NCBI GenBank assembly: GCA_001179505.1
Contig: CDMY01001064.1
Coordinates: forward strand, 1 to 64,000
Length of the DNA: 64,000 nucleotides
Reading direction: 5' to 3'
Source of the DNA: Vitrella brassicaformis CCMP3155
Taxonomy: Eukaryota; Protista; Chromerida
The notes beneath the pieces were generated by a model. The model was given only the letters and a program-made list of their open reading frames with translations, searched no databases and had not been told where the DNA came from. Shown piece by piece: positions 34,659 to 46,625 of the stretch (within the stretch, counting starts at the first letter, position 1; each line of letters opens with the position of its first letter). The position numbers were made by a program, and so were the translations under genes.

Positions 34659-35976
34659 ATGAGGGCACGGAAGGGGGAGGGGAGACGGCAGGTGACCTCT
34701 CGCTTCCTCTCTCTCTGTGACTGTGTGTGCTGCAGCTGCACCACCCGGACAAGGGCGGGGAAACGGCGGCCTTTCAGCAGCTGGGGAGGGCGTACGAGGT
34801 GCTCTCAGACGAGCAGGCACGGGCCAGGTACGACGCCATAGCCATGGTAAGAGAAAGAGAGCTATCGGAGGTGCACTCACAGAATTTTTGGATACATCCG
34901 GCGGTTGTTTCCGTGTCTGCCACCGCGCAGGCCCACCACGGCCGCAGTTGGGAGGCCGCCCGTTTGTGGGAGCAGACGCCAGAAGCGGTGAGGATGTGGG
35001 TCGCATGGATGTGCGTCTGATGAATGCCGGTGTGTTGGCCAATGATGTACTTCTGCAGAGGGAGGCATTCAAGAGGGCCGAGGAGAAGCTGAGTGAAGAA
35101 GCGATAAAGAAGACCGACGCTGTGAGTGATATGTGTACCAGTCATTCAGGATGTGTCTTTACTGTTGTCCTTGTGCGGGCAGGTTCTCGCCAAGTGGGTT
35201 TTTTTTAACAGGGGGGATCAGCGCACCCTGCTGCCGATGGTGGGTTGCCTGAGTGGGATGCGCCCAATCCTGAGGGGGGATCGCACGACCACCACCAACA
35301 GCAGCACCATCAGCAGCAGCAGCCCCCGCCGCCGCCACCACCTGCAGCTCATGAGCAGGGTGGTGCCATTCCACCACCTCATGGAGGCGACCGGGGCGGC
35401 TTCCCTCATCACAACAGAGGCGGCGATTTGCGAGGAAGGGGCGGCCGGCATCGCACGGACCAGCAGCGGCATCAGGAATGGCAGAAGCTGCCGCGGACGG
35501 TGTATGGCGGCATCGCTCAGGGCCATCAATCGCCTCACTACCCTTCCCAAGACCACACTCAAGCGGCCTCGTATGGACGACATCCAAGCACGCAGCAGCA
35601 GCAGCACCAGCAGCAGACCCAGTACGATGTCTACTCCCCTCCCGCCGAGCCCAGACATCCACAGCAGCACCCCGTGACCTATCCCCCGCCCCCGCCTGTG
35701 GACGACCAGCACCACCGATGGCAGCACGATCCCAAGGCAACAGAGCCAGCCCCACCCGTGCAGCAGCAGCAGCAACAGCACCAGCACCACCAGCGGTACC
35801 CTTACAAGGTACCTGTACATGTGGCGGGGGAGGGGGAGGAGGGCTGGTATGGGGATTTAGCGAGCGGGAGGGTAGAGTATTGGAGGCGGGAGGGGCAGAT
35901 GTGGGAGGTTCACTGGGAACATGAGTCGTGGTGGTGGTGGTGGGCGTCGGTGGCGGCGGATTTTTGTTGTGTGTAG
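34659..35976 (+). CDS. Chimeric gene: truncated DnaJ J-domain fused to a scrambled copy of the 12.8-17.1 kb gene
   Basis: Exons 34736-34846 (LHHPDKGGETAAFQQLGRAYEVLSDEQARARYD) and 35059-35121 are phase 0 and splice to the TTTTTTTTAACAG acceptor at 35211, in frame with ORF 35245-35976. Start and end are tentative. Confidence 0.6.
35212..35790 (+). repeat. Mosaic segmental duplicate of 16040-16088, 16665-16947 (63-bp deletion) and 13444-13740
   Basis: Near-identical nucleotide blocks in non-colinear order, with junctions at GATG, CATG and GACGG microhomologies. Confidence 0.93.
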
Positions 35977-37291
35977 ACGGGAATGGCAGGGGACTATTTT
36001 TCCATGCTGCCGTCGCTAACCTGCCTGTCTGCCTGTCTGTCTGTCTGCCTGATTGCCTGTCTGTCTGTCTGCCTGTCTGTCTGACTGCCTGCTCGCTTGT
36101 CTGTCTGTCTATAGGTGTGAGCACAAAGGTGCAAGGCAGATACAGGCATGTCATGCAGCCAATTATGTTGTGTGTCGTTGTCTCTCTGTGCAGATTGCTG
36201 CCTCCATTTGATATCTGTGGATCTGTTTCCTCTCCTCGGAATGCGCAGCACGACCATGGCCACAAACCTCACTGACGCCGTAAGTGAGCCGATTCTCTAG
36301 ACATGTCCGTCTCTCTTACCTTTGTTGCCTCTCTGCTGCTACAATGGGAGATCAGGAGGCGAGGAGGGCCAAAGAGGTCAGCAAGTGGGCCGTCACACAA
36401 TGCACTGTCGCCATCTTTATAGACCTGCTGTCAGGAGACTGAAGTGTCTGTTTGTGTCTCTCTGTGCAGATTGCTGCCTTCATTTTATATTTGCCGATCC
36501 ATCTTCTCCTTGGCCTACGCACCTCATCCATTTGAGGAGGGCAGAGGAGAGACACACCCGCGTGGCGCAGGAGAGAACAGACAGGGTGAGGTGACGGCCA
36601 TTCATCACATTCTGATCAGTGCCACTGTGTTCTGTGCGTCTGCAGATGCTGCGGAGGTGGGGGTTGCTCCCTCCTTGAGAGCCAACGGCCGGTGACGACG
36701 ACCTCAGACCCCCACACATAAAGGCGGCTGCAGGAGCACGGGCAACAGAGGAGCGGCAGCGCGACGCCCGCCCTGGGAAGTTACGGTCAGACGACTTACG
36801 GTGGTGGTGGTGCTGCTGCTGCTGGGCGTGTCGGTTGGTGTGTAGCTACTATTGGTGTGTCAGTGAGTGAGCGAGCAAGGGCCTGGAGCGAGAGAGCGAG
36901 CGACTTCTACTCTTCTAGTCTATCTGGCTGTTCCATCTATCTACCTTGGTGGCTGCATGGCGGACGACCACACGCGATTGATTGCACTCATGCATTCATC
37001 CTAGGGTCTCTCGCTGTGTCTGTCCATCCATCCATCCATCAAGTGACAAAACTCCGCCACTCATCCAACCGCTCTACACAGCACTCACACACGCACTACT
37101 ACAGCCTTCAGAGGGTCATCTCTGCTGCCGGCACCTGGCCCACCGGCACCGTCGCGACGCCGATGTAGCCTTCTCCGTGATGCAGACGCGCCGACGACAC
37201 TGGCAGAGGCGACACACAACTGACAGACAACAAGACAGACACCACACACAAGACACACACACACACAAGCTGTCTCTTTCAGCTTCCTTTT

Positions 37292-40200
37292 TTACGTGCG
37301 ACGTTCCACCGACCGCATTTGGTTCTGAGCCATGTGTATCTGAGCATGGCCTGGCCGGTGGCCGGCGAAGCGCGTGATGGACCGGGGCAGAGCCTGTGGG
37401 CCGATCTGACCTACAGATGCAGTGGCTGCTGGTGCTGCCGCTGCCGGAGCCGGGGAGCTGCCTCGGTATGCACCACCTGCAGCACCGACAGGAAAGGAGG
37501 GCGGCATGGGCAGTAAGTTGGTCGTGCGGAGGACGTTCCACGTCGCATACGACCCACCCTGGCAAAGCACACATAAAGCGACAGTGCAGAGTATTCATTC
37601 GTTCTCGTGCCGTCTCACGTGTTGTTGCTGCATCGAAGCCTGGCCCCCTTGCCCGCCCTGCGACCCCTGAGACATCCACCACGCCGTAGGCGGCAGACCC
37701 TCACTCTGCTGCTGCTGCTGATGGCGCTGGTGGTGATGATGCTGATGGTGGGGAAGGTGCCCGCTCAAAGGCGGTGGCGAGAGCACTGCGCCCCGACCCC
37801 CGCCAATCCCGCCAACCTTGGGCGCCACGACGAGCGGCCCCTGGATCTTCATCTGCTCGGCAAATCGCCCCATGAGGCCTGCATCGGCATGCGAGGCGCC
37901 TTTCGGTGCTTTTGGTGTGGGGGCGAGTATGGCGCCTGACGGTTTGTCCATGCGGCAGAGGTCGTGCATGTACTGCTTGTACTTCTCGGGGATCAGCGGC
38001 ACCTTCTGCAGTGCAGTGCAGTGGGAAGGGGTGGATGGGATGCAAGGAACCAAATCGCATCAGCGCTGTGTGGGTGTGGGTGTCGTTCCCGCAGCTCCCC
38101 GACTTACCTGCAGCAGCCGCCTCGCCCGGCGCCTCTTCTCTTGCTCGTCGCTCGTCCCTCTCCTGCGATCCTCACGACCACTGACACACACATACCCAGA
38201 CAGCAAACCGAAGAGGAGACACAGACTCTCCAATGCAGTATAGCCTCCTTTTCCCGCTCGTGGCGCGCACCTCTCCTCTTCAGCATCGTCCTCCCTGTCG
38301 CTAGGTCCGGCCGACCCGCTCGAGTGGCTGCCGACCTTCAGGTGCTCCGGGATGGCGTCCATCGTCTCGAGCGATGCGTCACGAAGCCACGGATGGTTCA
38401 GGGCAGCTTGCACACTCCTGCAAGGCAGCCACACACACACACACACACACACACAGACTGCCCGCCTCCCAGTGGAATTGTGTGCTGGTGTTTACATCCT
38501 CTGTTGGGGCTGCACTTGAAGTAGCCGCATGATGAAGTCTGGCCCAAAAAGAGGAAGAAGGAGAACAGGACGGCGCAGAGAGTGGTGGCGGCCCACTGGG
38601 TGCGGTTGGGGTGGTGGGCGTTGCTGTGTGTGTGTGTGTGTGTGTACCCTTCGCGGCCGGGCTGAGACGGTCTTGCACGCCCAGAGCCTCAAACACGCGC
38701 TCATGGCGGCCTGCAGCCATACACACAGACACGCGCACACACACACAGTCCATCTCAACTACTTCCGATCTCTCCCGTGTCTGTGTATGTGACCTCTGCA
38801 GAGCTCGAACCACCTCCAGTCATCCTCGGGATGATCAGTGGGATGAGCGTTCTGACAGGGGAGAGAAGAAGACAAGAAACATCGGTACACGTGTTGTCTT
38901 ATGCTTTACGTGTATGCGCCAGTGTGTGTGGTCTCTTTGTCTGTCTGTCTGTCTTTGTGTACATCGAGGAGTTCGGTTCCGAAGAGGAGGTAGAAGGCCG
39001 ACCAGCCGAGACACCAGCTGTCCACACGACTGGCGAAGTACGGACGCCCCTGCACACCACCACACACACAGACATGCATGACGCACACGTGCTTGGTGTG
39101 GGGATGGCAAGACCGACCTCGTAGTGCACTTCGGGCGGTCTGAACTTCTTGCCGATGTAGCCCCGGTAGTCGACAGGCACCTCAACGCCGTTCGGAGCCA
39201 TCAAAAAGACCACAGCCTGACCCACACACCGCATCCATTACACACAGCACACAGCACGCCAATAGCACCGTGCTTGATCAGGCGTACCTGTCCGGGGTCG
39301 CAGATGCGCACGTGGTACTTGCCATCGGGCGTGAGGAATAGCAGACAGTTCTCCAGGCTAAAATCTTGCATCGCCAAACCTGATGCAGCAGTGCAGGACC
39401 AACAGACAGACACATGGTGAGTGAATGCAGTGTGTGGAGGAGCGAGCGTGTGTGCGCGTTGCGTTGTGCGTGCCCTGTGAGTGCAGGAAAGCGAGCCCCT
39501 CAGCGGCCTGTCGGAGGAACGTGCGGGCGTGCTCCTCCCGCAGATCGCCCCGATGCTTCCTCAACTGCACCATCAGTGGCAGCCACACACACACACACAC
39601 ACACAGAGTCAGTTCGTCTTTGTGGGTTCGTTCGTTCGTACGGCTGACCAGTTCGACAAGGTCCTCTCCCGTGGCAAGGTCACTCACCACGAAATGGCAC
39701 TTCTCGTCCTCAAACACCTCGCTGACGGCACGTATGACATGACAGAGACATACACGCCGTGTACCACCCCGTTTATTATGTGTCGTGTGGCTGCTGGTCT
39801 GATCCACCCCTCCCCAACCCCCTCCCCGACCCCCTCATCGACGCACCGGATGGACATGACGTGTGGGTGTCCCTGGAGCAGGTGCGCGAAGAACACCTCG
39901 GCCAAGGGGGTCTCGGGCAGCTGCCGGTTCTTCTCCTGCCTGCCTATCAGGTCCTGCACACCACACACAGCCATGACATGACCACGATCTGGTGCCTGCT
40001 ACGGTGGTGCCTTTGGTGGTCAGACTTGCCGACCTTGTGGAGGACTTTGATGGCCACATCGTCGCTCGTGACGTTGCCGACGCCCTGACACACCTTCCCA
40101 TACAAAGACGACTGCACGCACACACACACTCCGCCGGTAAGACGCATCAATCGCAGAAACACATGCCATCGGCCGCACCACACACTGCAAACGCCGTTTC

Positions 40201-40465
40201 TGGCAGACCCACCTGGAGGATCTTCTTGATGGTGTATTCCTCTATCTGGCCACGGATCACCCTCTCAAGCAGATTCTTCTCCTTGAGCTCCTCAGGCTCC
40301 TCCTCCTCAATAGCCACCAACTCTGACAAGAATTTATGAGTCAGTCACAAAATGCAGTGGCCGCATAGCGTCCGCCATTCCTGCGAGGTTCTCTGCCTTA
40401 CCAGGCATTGGCACGTTGCCGCCATGGGCATGGTAACCATCAAACGGGGGGCCGCCTATCATCAT
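37292..40465 (-). CDS. Atypical CAMK-like Ser/Thr kinase (QDFSLEN catalytic loop, DPG for DFG), spliced
   Basis: LQSSLYGKV, VAIKVL, HPHV, RQAAEGLAFLHSQG|LAMQDFSLENCLL, RICDPGQ, GKKFRPPE, DSWCLG and ALNHPWL, followed by a P/Q/H-rich tail. Confidence 0.88.
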
Positions 40466-40693
40466 GCTGTCACTGCGGCATGCGATGATGAGTCCGGCCT
40501 ATGCAAGTTTCCCCGGGGAGCCTTGTCCGAGATCGGCGAGCTCAGAAAGTTCACGATCCATTGTGTAAACGGAATGCCCGACGACCAATGGATGCAAAAA
40601 ACGTTGAAACGCACGGATGTCCATTCACACAATCGCCAATGGCATCCATTCGTTGATGCACTCACTCAATCCAACCAATAACATCCAACTCCC

Positions 40694-40758
40694 CTCCCTT
40701 ATCCAGCCCCCACTCCCTTAGCCAGTTCCCTTATCCAGCCCCAGCTCCCTTATCCAGT
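40694..40758. repeat. Degenerate minisatellite, about 4 units of (C)TCCCTTA(T/G)CCAG
   Basis: Visible directly, about 230-290 bp upstream of the atypical kinase ATG. Confidence 0.8.
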
Positions 40759-41476
40759 CTAAAGTTTCTACACCTCGCCTCCGTCACCGACTGTCGGCTG
40801 CCTATCGCCGGCAGGGTGCAAGGCTGGTCTTGAGTGGAGTGCAACCGACGGATTCACTATCCACCGAGCGAGCCGTAATTGAGCATCAGTGCATACCCTC
40901 ACCGGGCCTCAATTAGACGAGGCCACGCCATTCCATTGCACGTGTCACTCACCTGCTGTGCTGCCGTTGAGTGTGAAGGCGCAACAGGTATCGTTGCCTG
41001 CATTTTATATCTCGATGTTGGTTTCCCTATCTCTGTGTGTCTCCATTGATGACGGGGAGATGTGTCTGAGCGGGCAGACGGACGAGACACGCTCTGCGCA
41101 TGTGTGCATGGTATTGCCTGATTCAAGCCAGGGAGCAAAGCACTTGTGTCGAACATACAACCACGCAGCTCATGGACCGCTTAATGTGACACGACACAAC
41201 ACACCGGCGCACCCACCCACCCACACGCACATACACCCACACAGACTGGGGCACACACACTCATGGCATGGATGCATCCACGAATATGGACAGACAGACA
41301 GACAACGTTTAACAATACAACACCAAGCAGGCAGCCAAGCAAACACACACACAAATACCTACCGCACAAATGCCGATAGATAAAGTGCTACAAATACATA
41401 CACAAAATGCTGCCCTGCCTACCTATACCCACCTACTGGAGAGAGGCAGTACAGAAGCGATAGACATGATCAGCCA

Positions 41477-44400
41477 CTAGTGACTACGGTCGTCCCTCAG
41501 ATGTGCAGCACCATTGCCTCCCCCTCCCTCTCCCTCTACCACGCTCTTATTGCTCTTTTCCTCCGCAATCGCCATCAGGTAGTCAGGTAATGTCACGGTC
41601 ACATTGGTGGTCGCCGTCGCGTTGGTGGTGGCATGGGAAGGAGGCGGCAGCATCTTGCCTGCGGGCGGCATTGGCACAAAAATGGTGTCCCCTTCCTCCT
41701 CCTGCTGCTGCTGCTCGTGACAGGCGGGGCTTCTGACGCGCCGCGACCTGGTCATCTGCTTGCCGTTCCTGTCGAAGGGCACGGCCGAGTAGTCGATGCA
41801 CTGATAAATAGGGTGCCACTTCCACCTGGTGAGGCTCATGGCATGCTCGAAGCGCACGGCCAGGTGCCGCCTCATCTCCACACGCTTGCCGCCCTGGGGG
41901 TGCGCATACAGCCGCCATGAGTGCACCCCCGTCGCACCGTTCCACCTTCATGTGCCACATACAGGATTGCATCTCTGTCCTCTGTGTGTGTGGTCGGCGC
42001 ACTCACGAGTATCTGAGTTTGGGCGTGAGTGTCGCGTCATAAGGGTGCACTCCTGTGAGCACGAGGATGGGTCTGTGTGCGGGCCTGCCGACCCACTGGC
42101 CCTTGGTGACGCGATAGGAGGTCAGCTCGTCCCACATGTAGCTCATCTCCAGTACCCGCTCTGAGCCATTTGCCGTCTCAGTGTAGAGGGGGTTCTGAGG
42201 GCCGATCAGCCCTGACCACGCCACGCCCCAGCGGCCTCTCCCACCTGGCAACATCTGACACGCCACCACCATCCATAGACAACGCACCACACACACATGT
42301 GTTCCCTTCCCTGTCTCTGTGCGTGTGTGTGTGTGTACGTCGCTCGTCATTCGTTCGCTCACCTGCACACTGCCCATCTCAGAGCTGAAGACCTTCTGCC
42401 CTCTGGGGTGAGAGAACTCCCACACCTTCGTGGCGGTGCGTGCCTCGGCGTCGATCCTGTAGGCGACGCCCCTCGAGTACTGCCTGTCCTTGACCACATG
42501 GCCCGTCCTGATGTCCTCCATCCCACCGTTGTCGTACACCGTCAGCACATCGGGCTCAGCGACGGATATGCGGGCGTCATGCTGCCACCTGAAGCCTGGG
42601 TCGTCCTTGATGCTGATGGTACCGCCTCTGCCGCCGATGGACCAGAGAACCTCTCCCGTGCGGCGGCTGATCTTGAGCACCTTGTGCAGGTGACGCAGGG
42701 ACACCAAAATGTGACCGTCGGGCGTCCAGCTCACATGGTTGCCCTGGTGGGAAGGAAACTCACAGAGAGAGGATGAGATGGATGGGGGGAACGTGTGTGT
42801 GGTTGGCGAGGGCAGGGGATGCCTCACGTGTAGGTGGTCGATGTTTGCGTTCGGTCCCCTGAGGATGCTTGTGGCCGTGAACTGCATGGGCAAGTGCTCC
42901 CACGAGCTCCAAATGAAGACAGGCTTGCCCATGGGAGTCAACTCTGCAGAGACACCGCACAGCGTACATTTCAGCAGCGCGTGCGTGCCAGTGCCCAACC
43001 CAGCCAGCCACCTGCATACAGCCCACCCACCTTGTATCTGCACGCCGAGCACGAGAGTCTCCTCGCCGCCCCAGGGGCCGTGCAGGGCCCTGACCTTGCG
43101 CATATCGTTGGCCAGCAGGAGCACCCTGCCGTCCGCTGCTATCTGCATGCAGTGGCCGTTGCTGCGGGCGTGCTCCACCGGCCGGATGAACCTGACCTCC
43201 TCGTAGCGATTGTTCAGCACGTGCCAACCATTCCTTCCACATAGATAGAGGGAAGGAGAGGAGCGTAATGCATTTGAAGGGGCCAGTGGTGTGTTGCGTG
43301 AATGCATTACTTGTAGGTGTCATGGTAGGTGAGCCATTTGCCGTGGTGTGGTTTGAAGTCCCTGACGGTCCATCCCATGCGGCCGTGGTTCTGCTGGCCC
43401 AGCCGCCGGTACCACACGGGGTCACCCTCGTCGTTGACTATCAGCAGATAGTTCTGAACCGACTTTTTGTAGTGCGCAATGCTGACATCAACACATACAT
43501 ACACACGCATACAGACAGGCAGAAGTGACCATTGTGTGCGTGTTTGTGGGATGCTTATAGCAAAAGTTGCTCACCTGGATAGGAAGAGGTACCCCGGTGC
43601 GGGGCTGGGCTCCTTGGCCCTAAGTGTGACTCTGATGTGGGGGAAGTCGTCGGGCAGCAGCTGGTAGTGCTCCGTGATGGAAGAAGACGAATTCCCCTTT
43701 CCCTCCCTCCTCCTCTTCCTGCCGCCCTTGCCGTCACTTTGATCGAACTCGGCGAACTGGTCACTGTAAATGTCAGGGCCGGTGTACCACTTGTCAGCCT
43801 CCGCTCCCTCCCCCTCTCCCTCTCCATGGACATCAGCCGAGCCGCTGCCGGCTTCCTCCGATCCAGTCGTCTCATTGGCTGCGGTCGGCCCGTAGGCCTC
43901 GTCCCGCTCGGCACTGCCGACTTGATCAGGTGTCCCCTCTCCCTCATCCTCTCCCTCTGGCTGCATCTCTGGCGGGCCGGTTGTCGCTTCTGAGCGGTCA
44001 AAGGGGACGAACAGATCGGAGGTGTCGTCGCCACTTGAGCTATCGTCTTGATATTCCAGTTTGGTGGCCGCCTTCGGTCGGATTTTGTGACCGCCATGGG
44101 GCGACGATTTCAATGAGGCCGCAGCGGGCTGCTCGGTGGCCTCATAATCCTTGCTCGCCTGATCCGTCTGGTAACTCTTGTCGCTATGCTCTTCGTTCTC
44201 GTGGGTCTTGTTCCCATGCTCGTCGCCCCCGTAGGGCTCGACATCGGTGCTGACATTGAAGGACCACTGGAAGCCATCCAGCCATCGCACAGACCTCTTC
44301 CCGTCGTCTGCGTAGGAGCTGTCGTCTGCCGCACCCACATGGACATCTGCCCTGATCGTGACCGTGACGGTCTCGCCCTTGTAGAAAGGAGAGCTGGCCT

Positions 44401-44866
44401 CAAACAGGACCGTCTTGTGGTCGTCCGCCACCTCCACACTCCCCTCGATAGCCCCGCTGAGCGACCCCTCCACAATGAACTTGTTTCTGACGCTCTCAGC
44501 ATCGACAAGGCCGCCCTCCCTCACTGCAATGGTGGCCGTGGGGTGGACGTGGGAGCGTCCTGGGCGGGGGTAGACGTACTCAAAGGACGCGAAGGGGCCC
44601 CTCCTCGGCTTGGCGAACGGGAACATCGACCACACGATGGCATCATCGTCCACATCCGACGGGCCGTCCTCCCCGAACATCGCCTGAAGTGACGCTTCGT
44701 TTTCTGCAAACGTGTCTGCCGGCTCCTTGTTTCTTGAGGGGTCGTCCGCCGTCGTGAAAGGGTCTTCTGCTGGGGGCGGCGTGGCGCCCTCCTGCGCTGA
44801 TGATGCTGATGATGGCAGGACGCTGAAGACAACTAGTAGGAAGAGGGAGAGGCCACACAGAAGCAT
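41477..44866 (-). CDS. Secreted aryl sulfotransferase (ASST/Arylsulfotran_2-like) with an N-terminal bacterial Ig-like domain, spliced
   Basis: Signal peptide; Ig-like segment (YVYPRPG...V.P...I.V...S.AIEG.V.VADDHKTVLF....PF..GETVTVTI); PGYLFL; DHLH|GNHV...DGHILVSLRH; W.IGG; QHDAR; TVYDNG; SRG; GSVQ.LP; SYRV.K.QWVGRP; WNGATGV..W. Confidence 0.88.
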
Positions 44867-45128
44867 CAGGACGCCGTGCACGAGGTCAGCAGTAAAGGGG
44901 GGCTCCGAACATGTTCACCCAGGACAGGAGAGAGTCTCTTGACGCTGGTTGCGTCGTGCGCTATTAATACCTACAATTTCGAGAGCTACCATCTGGGGTA
45001 GAGCGCCCTCCGCGGAAGAGTTTGAGAGAAATAACCGAGAAGGAGGGGCACACGCGCGCCAATCATGGCGAGGGTGACCGCTTGTGGGGGGATGCGTCTT
45101 CATCTCTGTCGTGTCGTTCAGGAATCAG

Positions 45129-46120
45129 ATGGGTTGTGCTCCCTCCTCCTTCCTCCCGCAACCAAAGTCCTTCAAGTATGTCCAGGTGTTCGTCAATAGC
45201 ATGTCTGGAGCCGTACACCAGATCAGCTACGACTGCAGCACACAGCTTGTGGAGTTCGCCGAGTGTGTCAGCAAGGTCAGAGGAGAGAGATGGGATGGGA
45301 TGGGATGCCACGCACATGCGCTCTTGCGTGCGTCGTGGGTGTCAATGTGTGTGTAGGTCTCCGGTACCAGGGTCTCTGAAGAGGATCTACTATTAAGCGG
45401 CTACAGGATGATGGCACTGGACCGCAGCGTGGAGGTCATGCTTCAGGACAGAGGGGACAGCAAGGAATCCCCTATTGTCGTCATACTTTACGACGACAGC
45501 GACTATTACACTGCACGCCGATGCAAGGTCCCCAGCTGCAGGGCGAGCCACACAACACACCGCTGTCACCTGTGGTGGGAAATGAGACGGGCAGACTGAC
45601 GTCGTCCCACCTGCTTGTGACTGTGTGTGTTTCTATCTTTCGTGTTTGCAGCGGCGACGAGGACAGCGATCACCTTCCAGATCATTGCCCGAGGAGTACG
45701 GTGCTGTACCACCAAACCGGCCACACAGCCGCAATGGCCATCAAGGCATCCGGCAAGATGCGCCGTGGCCTGTCTGGAATGGCGGGGCCTGGCATCTACT
45801 TCGCCGAGACTCCACAACACACGAACGAGAAGGCACGAGGGGGCTCTGGGTACATGGTCACGGCGCGCGTCTATCTCGGCAACAGCAAACACGTGTACGA
45901 TCCGTGCCATGAGACATACACGTCCCTCAAAGCTGTAGGCTACGACAGCGTCACCATTCAGGGGCGGCGGACGGGCACCGAGTATGTGGTATACAACTGG
46001 GATCAGGTGAGTCAATGAGAACCGAAGGGGAAAGGGGAATGATCGTTCCATGTCGGTCATCCTGCGCCCGCTATGCTTGCATTCACACAGGTAAAGGTGC
46101 TTGATGTGTCAACCGCATGA
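45129..46120 (+). CDS. MGC-acylated ubiquitin-like domain plus minimal PARP-type (Gig2-like) ADP-ribosyltransferase domain, spliced
   Basis: N-terminal MGC; Ubl-like VQVFVNSMSGAVHQISYD...L.L.G..M..D.SV; ART triad motifs LYHQT, GPGIYFAE and GYDSV...EYVVY. Confidence 0.8.
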
Positions 46121-46625
46121 TGAGAGACAAGTTTTAGCGAGTCAGGAGGATGGTATTCATGTGCCTCGTGTATATTTGTGTGTATATGAGGACAGGAGCT
46201 GTCTGTGGCTGTAGCTTTAGCTGTAGGTGTACGTAGAGGGAATGATGCACGTATCCATCGAGTGCTGGCGTCGGCTGCTCTCGAGTAACAGAGGGACGGG
46301 GGGAGATAGGGTGGAAGAGCGGGTCTTATTGCTCACGTTGTATTGTGACCTATCGTGATGTGTGATTTCCAGAGGTCATTTAGCGAGGCATGCATGGCAC
46401 GCAGCGCCATCTGACAAGAGATGCTACATGATGGATGTGTCAGGCGCGTGTTTGTGACAGCTTTATGCACGTCTGAAGTGAACTTGCACTTCGAAACGAA
46501 AGGGTTCGATTTGAACTCCTTGCGAGCTTTGATGCTGCCGAGAGAGGAAAAATGCGCGAAGCCATCCGTGTTCAGACGCCTGTTCCCTGATCACCTTGTT
46601 CCCTTCCTCGCGTGGGGCCATCGAG

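Noticed and set aside
45528-45651. A fourth GC-AG intron in the Ubl-ART gene
   Set aside because: A GC donor near 45542 would fix the phase, but a GT donor with a later AG also works. It cannot be resolved without reads.
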